IMG/VR virus record: IMGVR_UViG_3300032331_002067
Location: 1-64,000 of that record
From: a virus
DNA length: 64,000 nucleotides
Strand: one strand, 5' to 3'
Part shown: piece after piece, positions 59,325 to 64,000 of the stretch
Layout of the letters: each line of letters starts with the position of its first letter
Numbering within the stretch: the first letter of the stretch is position 1
Notes under the pieces: generated by a model
Told to the model about the DNA's origin: nothing
Seen by the model: only the letters and a program-made list of their open reading frames with translations
Databases searched by the model: none
Made by a program: the position numbers and the translations under genes

Positions 59325-59884
59325 GCCATTCCTCCATCGGGAAGGAAGTTTATGTTTATTGCGAATCTAAAAGGACTCAATACGGGATTGCTTCCCGCAT
59401 GAAGGATGTCTCCATCAAACACAACCGCCGTTCCTTTTTTGGGATATACTTCTTTTACAACATTGAGGTCGTCATCATAGAAGTATGTAGGACCGTCTGA
59501 GTCGTTCACATAGTACAGACAGACAAGATGTGGAACCAAACTGCCATCCTCTAGTTTTAAATCAGTGTGTGGTGTCTGAGGACTACACCGGGATGGGTTT
59601 GGCATCGTGACATTTACCTTTGCTCGATACAACCGGATGTCTCCATGCTTATCCTGAATAGCATTGATTATTGGCAATACAACAGGAAGATTCGGAGACT
59701 GTTTTTCTTCCCCCATCATAAAGAGATGATTGGTTAGTTGTTTACCGGAAGAGGATGAGCTGCCAGTTTCTAATGGATCGTTATGAATATTTTGAAAACG
59801 GTAAGGGAATGCGTTGCTAGAGACAAACTCTTCAATTAGGTTCTGATCCTTAACTGGTATGAAGTTTTCAAAAATATCTATCAT
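59321..59884 (-). CDS. 2OG-Fe(II) oxygenase
   Basis: PHTD (HxD), YYVNDSDG.T, FDG...HAG..P....R..ININF. Confidence 0.85.
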   Translation of the reverse strand: MIDIFENFIPVKDQNLIEEFVSSNAFPYRFQNIHNDPLETGSSSSSGKQLTNHLFMMGEEKQSPNLPVVLPIINAIQDKHGDIRLYRAKVNVTMPNPSRCSPQTPHTDLKLEDGSLVPHLVCLYYVNDSDGPTYFYDDDLNVVKEVYPKKGTAVVFDGDILHAGSNPVLSPFRFAININFLPDGGMA

Positions 59885-60043
59885 TAGTAACGCTGATTCC
59901 GCTCAAGCCTAGATATCTCACATTCTTGATTAATGATGGTGGACATCATTCCTTCAACCTTCTCCTTTAGCTTTAAATTTTCTTCTTCAAACATGGCGCA
60001 CCTATCAATCCACCATTTAATTGTCACTCTGTCCATTTGGGGA

Positions 60044-60451
60044 TCACTTTCCACTCTTGACTCTTCTTTTCTGAAGAAGGTCAAAGTCTTTAATTTTTGT
60101 TTCCCCCATGTACTCCCAAGCAAAGCCATCTTTGATCAATTGTTCATTAACAGAAGTCGGTTGGTCATCAATAAAGATCCATCCAAGAATTCTTCCGTAC
60201 TTTTCAGTGGAGTCGGGTTTCTCTGTTCTAATGACAATCTTTGTTGCAGCCTTTAGAATTTCATCTAGTCTCTTCTTTACCTCAAGACCAAGAACTTTTT
60301 CGTTCTTATCCGTTGTTCTAGATTCTGGTGTGTCAATACCGGCAAGTCTAACCCGCTGGTAATAAGAAATATTGAACCCAAGATCAATATCTACATCAAT
60401 GGTGTCACCATCAACTACTTTGTATAATTTTTTTACGACATATTCGTACAT
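60044..60451 (-). CDS. Thermonuclease (SNase-like)
   Basis: VVDGDTID..IDLGF...RVRLAGIDTPE...KYGRILG. Confidence 0.9.
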   Translation of the reverse strand: MYEYVVKKLYKVVDGDTIDVDIDLGFNISYYQRVRLAGIDTPESRTTDKNEKVLGLEVKKRLDEILKAATKIVIRTEKPDSTEKYGRILGWIFIDDQPTSVNEQLIKDGFAWEYMGETKIKDFDLLQKRRVKSGK

Positions 60452-60462
60452 ATAACCTCTTT

Positions 60463-61689
60463 CTAATTAATTTTTGGTTTTGGTGTGAACACCACTGGTA
60501 GAACTTCTATATTAGTAAATATAGTTGAATTTGGTGAGTGAATACATTCACCATTTATTTTAATATCTGGAAATCTTTTAATAATAGAAATTATAGCTAC
60601 TTCCATTTCAATTTTAGCAAGAATCATTCCAATGCATTGATGAAGTCCTCCACCAAAAGTAAGAATTTGACTTGCGTTATTTTTTCTAAAAGCAATAAGC
60701 TCATTAGGATTAGGAAAAACATCTGGGTCACGATTGCCGGAAGCAACATTAACAGATATAAGAGTTCCTTCTGGAAAGATGACTCCACGATATTCAATAT
60801 CTTCCATTGCCATCCTCAATGTTCCACGAAGAGTTGGTGTCAATCTTGCTAGCTCCTCTACTAAGTGAAGAACACGGTTATCATCCTGCAAAAGAAGATC
60901 GATTTCTTCCTGATGCTCTAGCAAATATGCCATTGATAAACTTAGTTGATTTCTAATTGTATCAATACCTGCTGTAACAATCATTTCAATAACAGCTGCT
61001 ATGTCAAAATCAGAAAGAACCTCTCCATCATCCGCTGGAGAAACAAGCTTGGAAATTACATCATGACCCGGATTCTTTCTTTTTTGTTTAATAATTTGAT
61101 CTGTAAAATTATTTATATCTGATTGTAAATTTTTAATTGTGTCAATAGTTACATCAGTATCAATATTGTATAAATCTAGAAGCGTTTTTGACCATTTATC
61201 TAAAATTTCCCAGTTTTCAATGGGAATATCAAATAAATCACAAAGAACAGCTATTGGATAAAAAGCAAATATATCTGCGGTTAAATTTGATGTACCTTTT
61301 TCTTCAATGCTATCAAGCAAGTCTGACATGATCTTTTCCATTTTTGGTTTCATATGTATTGCATTCATATATGTGAAAGCAGGCATAATCATTTTCTTTA
61401 AACGCCGATGGTCTTCTCCGTTAATTAGTAAAAGCCCTCTTTTTCTTTTTTCACGGTATTCAGGAGTCAACGCTGGATGAAGATCATTGAATACAATTAG
61501 TGGAGATTGCCATCTCTTATCTCTTAAAACAGCAAAACAATCTTGATTACGCAAAACAGCATAACCAATTCTTGTCTTTACTAGCCAAGATTGAGCAGCT
61601 AATTTTTCAGTTTCTTTAAAACCATCATGCCTTGTCAATACATTATTCATATATGGCAAATCTAATTGCTCTGCTAAATATGTCATCAT
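60463..61689 (-). CDS. Cytochrome P450
   Basis: H.RL, I-helix AGIDT, K-helix EELAR, NRDP..FP.P, heme ligand FGGGLHQCIG. Confidence 0.95.
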   Translation of the reverse strand: MMTYLAEQLDLPYMNNVLTRHDGFKETEKLAAQSWLVKTRIGYAVLRNQDCFAVLRDKRWQSPLIVFNDLHPALTPEYREKRKRGLLLINGEDHRRLKKMIMPAFTYMNAIHMKPKMEKIMSDLLDSIEEKGTSNLTADIFAFYPIAVLCDLFDIPIENWEILDKWSKTLLDLYNIDTDVTIDTIKNLQSDINNFTDQIIKQKRKNPGHDVISKLVSPADDGEVLSDFDIAAVIEMIVTAGIDTIRNQLSLSMAYLLEHQEEIDLLLQDDNRVLHLVEELARLTPTLRGTLRMAMEDIEYRGVIFPEGTLISVNVASGNRDPDVFPNPNELIAFRKNNASQILTFGGGLHQCIGMILAKIEMEVAIISIIKRFPDIKINGECIHSPNSTIFTNIEVLPVVFTPKPKIN

Positions 61690-61819
61690 TACCTTTCATT
61701 CAAAAACCCCGGCTATTTACTTTCGTAGGGATAGTTCCGGGGCTTTCGTTGTACTATAACGGTCCCAAGGTAGCCTGCACTTGCGCAACAGACACAAAGG
61801 GTGTCATATACATTATACA

Positions 61820-61993
61820 CTATCGACTGTTTTTGTAAAATCCACTGCCCTTTAATTGCATCAAAGGGGCTGAATAGACTTGTTTTAATTCCCCATTGCA
61901 GTATTCACAATGCGTCTTCTTCTGTTCTTCTTTTATTGAACGAATCTCTGTATAGAGATGATCATTCTCACACTTATAATCGTAAATTGCCAT
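61820..61993 (-). CDS. FmdB-family Zn-ribbon protein
   Basis: MAIYDYKC...H...CEYC.......KGSGFY. Confidence 0.8.
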   Translation of the reverse strand: MAIYDYKCENDHLYTEIRSIKEEQKKTHCEYCNGELKQVYSAPLMQLKGSGFYKNSR

Positions 61994-61994
61994 G

Positions 61995-62807
61995 TTATCT
62001 AAATTTTGGGTTAGGATGATTTGGTTCCGGATAGATTGGACCCTTATAAGTATAGCTTCCGCTAGAAATATTTGCTCCACGAGAGTCGTAAACAGTATAA
62101 TTTGTTACGATTGGTCCATTTGATGTGGTGATAGGAATCTTATTATGTCTATTGATTGGTGATTCATCAATTGAATAGAAGAAATTACCATCCGTTAAGG
62201 CTTTTGGCATAAAGTCGTCATTATTAGACATGGGAAATAGAAAAGTTCCATTTATCCACTTAATTGCGATAATCGAATAACCAATAATATCCAGTAGTGT
62301 ATCCTGTAGGGATTCATTTGATGGATTTGAATCTTTTTTAATCAAATTTTCAAGACGAGCTACCTTGTCATGAATTCTAATCACCAAGCCATTAAGACCA
62401 AACTTCGCAATATTTTCAGAGCCATAGTCTCTTTGTTTTCTTGTAACAGTAAGGAGAGTCCAATCTCTGTATTCGTTCAAATCTAAATCTTTATCTATTT
62501 GTTTTAATGACAAAAATGAAAGAACAGAAAGAATACACCAATAGTTTACAATAGCCGATGCTACTTCAAAGTCATTTGTTTTGTCATGATTCCAAACTTT
62601 TACTGTGATCATATAATCAACAATAGTCCTCATATTCTCAACAAAATCATTCCCAAGAACCTTGTTACACAAAGTAACATCTCTTGTAATATCTGCAAAT
62701 AGTTCCTCATTTTCAGAAATGAATTCGAATAGCTCTTTAACAGTAAATGAAGCTGCTTCTTCCCAAGATTCTGAAAGTTTTGCTGAGAGTAGCTTAGAGA
62801 GTACCAT
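61995..62807 (-). CDS. Protein with DUF1599 (nucleotide-modification-associated domain 1)
   Basis: KQRDYG...G..G...R..DK.ARL.NL...ES..DT..D..GY. Confidence 0.75.
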   Translation of the reverse strand: MVLSKLLSAKLSESWEEAASFTVKELFEFISENEELFADITRDVTLCNKVLGNDFVENMRTIVDYMITVKVWNHDKTNDFEVASAIVNYWCILSVLSFLSLKQIDKDLDLNEYRDWTLLTVTRKQRDYGSENIAKFGLNGLVIRIHDKVARLENLIKKDSNPSNESLQDTLLDIIGYSIIAIKWINGTFLFPMSNNDDFMPKALTDGNFFYSIDESPINRHNKIPITTSNGPIVTNYTVYDSRGANISSGSYTYKGPIYPEPNHPNPKFR

Positions 62808-63220
62808 TACTTGCTTGATTGACGCTCTTTGTTTGGATCAACAATTTCAAACTGACCACGCTTAATCTTCTTGAAGAAGCCTCTGTTTGCATTGTAGTAG
62901 TTATAGAAGGTTGGCATAGAGATACCTGTTGCAGATACTAGGTCTTGAGGGGTAATTGTTTTACCAATATTCTCTTTGATGTATGACTCAATAATTGCAC
63001 TTTTGCGCGAACGCTTTCCTTCTGTAGATACAGAGTTTTTTGAAAGCAAACCATGCTTCTCCCAAACCTCTTTAACAAAAGCGGATGGTACGCTATAGAA
63101 TTTTGCTGTTTCTGAAATGGACATTTGGTTTTTCGCACCAGTAAGAGCTGCAGCAACCTCACGGTAGCTTTCGCTCGGTGTTTTGTCCAAGATCAATTTC
63201 ATTTCTCTTTCAGTAATCAT
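62807..63220 (-). CDS. HTH-type hypothetical protein
   Basis: SD gaaagga; TTGACT-17-TAAACT promoter at about 63245-63273. Confidence 0.55.
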   Translation of the reverse strand: MITEREMKLILDKTPSESYREVAAALTGAKNQMSISETAKFYSVPSAFVKEVWEKHGLLSKNSVSTEGKRSRKSAIIESYIKENIGKTITPQDLVSATGISMPTFYNYYNANRGFFKKIKRGQFEIVDPNKERQSSK

Positions 63221-63285
63221 TTGATTCCTTTCGTAGAGTAGATAGTTTACACCTCGTGAATAGAAAGTCAACTCGGTTTTATAAA

Positions 63286-63891
63286 TTATCTTTGTTGAAC
63301 AAAAGTCTGGAATGGAGCACCTGTGTATGGATCAAATTTAGATGCTACAGAGAGAGCTTTGTTGATAGCAGTCTTGGCTTTGGCTAGAGGGAGTTCCTTG
63401 CCATTGCTAAGGGCGTGCAGAGCGCCTAGGGCGTAGGATGAGCCACTGCCAATGGCGTAGATACCGGCTTTATCTGAAGTCCAAGAGTAGTCTCCATCAA
63501 TAATATAGATCGTTCCGTTAATAACGACAACTATTTGTGATGAATGTTCAGCGATATGATCTTTCGCATCATTGTCAGGCATGGCATATCCGGTACTCTC
63601 AAAGCATTCACGCAAGGATGGAACAAATTTTTGAGTTATGAACTGATCAAGTTTTGGACCAGATGTTACAAAACTTGGAACTGGGGGAATAAAGGCGTGG
63701 TGCAATATGTTGATAGCTCTTACATCGCCAGCAGCTCCGAGAAGGTATCTGCCATTTTGAGCAACTTTGCTACTACCTGTCCCTAGAGTTGTTATCTGAT
63801 AAGCCATTCCTGATTCATCAAAAGATGAAACTCTGGAGTCAGTACAGATAACTGCATAATCATCGCCTTGAATTCCTACAATTGTTGTCAT
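63286..63891 (-). CDS. Ntn-hydrolase, proteasome-beta/HslV-like protease
   Basis: N-terminal MTTIVG, DS, K, AIGSGS..ALGAL, D..T. Confidence 0.85.
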   Translation of the reverse strand: MTTIVGIQGDDYAVICTDSRVSSFDESGMAYQITTLGTGSSKVAQNGRYLLGAAGDVRAINILHHAFIPPVPSFVTSGPKLDQFITQKFVPSLRECFESTGYAMPDNDAKDHIAEHSSQIVVVINGTIYIIDGDYSWTSDKAGIYAIGSGSSYALGALHALSNGKELPLAKAKTAINKALSVASKFDPYTGAPFQTFVQQR

Positions 63892-64000
63892 TTCTGCCTT
63901 TAGATACTGATGGGGCACCCCAAGATATCAGGTCTAATCTTTCGAAATAGTACCCGCCAAAGAGTGCCCCAAACTTAGTATAGCGTAGTTTGTTAAATAT

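Noticed and set aside
61750-61805. Twister ribozyme (cggtcccaag)
   Set aside because: The following bases do not fit the AAGCCC/P4 and pseudoknot consensus.
1-64000. Stop-codon reassignment, introns or inteins
   Set aside because: Core genes (dnaE, dnaB, recA, terL) are intact and of normal length under code 11, and all three stop codons are used.

Overview
A 64-kb segment of a large lytic tailed dsDNA phage, most likely a siphovirus of Actinobacteria. Support for the host: two WhiB genes, an Rpf-like transglycosylase, leaderless genes and a GAAC-N4-GTTC SOS box. The gene order resembles Streptomyces BE/BK-type phages. Layout: (1) 1-8.9 kb, tape-measure C-terminus and tail genes. (2) 8.9-30.4 kb, replication, recombination and packaging (DnaB, DnaG, SSB, DnaE, RecA, resolvases, Cas4-like nuclease, terminases) mixed with glycosyl- and methyltransferases. 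(3) 30.7-53.3 kb, an AT-rich run of about 60 small, mostly acidic, early-type genes on + plus tRNA-Arg. (4) 53.3-54.3 kb, a non-coding region with DnaA boxes, a LexA box and repeats. (5) 54.3-58.2 kb, a GC-richer array of six self-contained minus-strand cassettes (promoter, small gene, terminator) separated by conserved covarying hairpins. Its coding DNA lacks seven 4-bp palindromes, and three cassettes carry paralogous small basic proteins. (6) 58.2-64 kb, tRNA-Asn and minus-strand auxiliary genes including a cytochrome P450. The best candidate for an undescribed system is (4)+(5): a hairpin/box-punctuated cassette array whose bipartite motif also recurs about every 7-9 kb across the early region, possibly a T5-like first-injected segment with an injection-stop or regulatory signal. 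All calls come from reading motifs by eye; no database searches were run.
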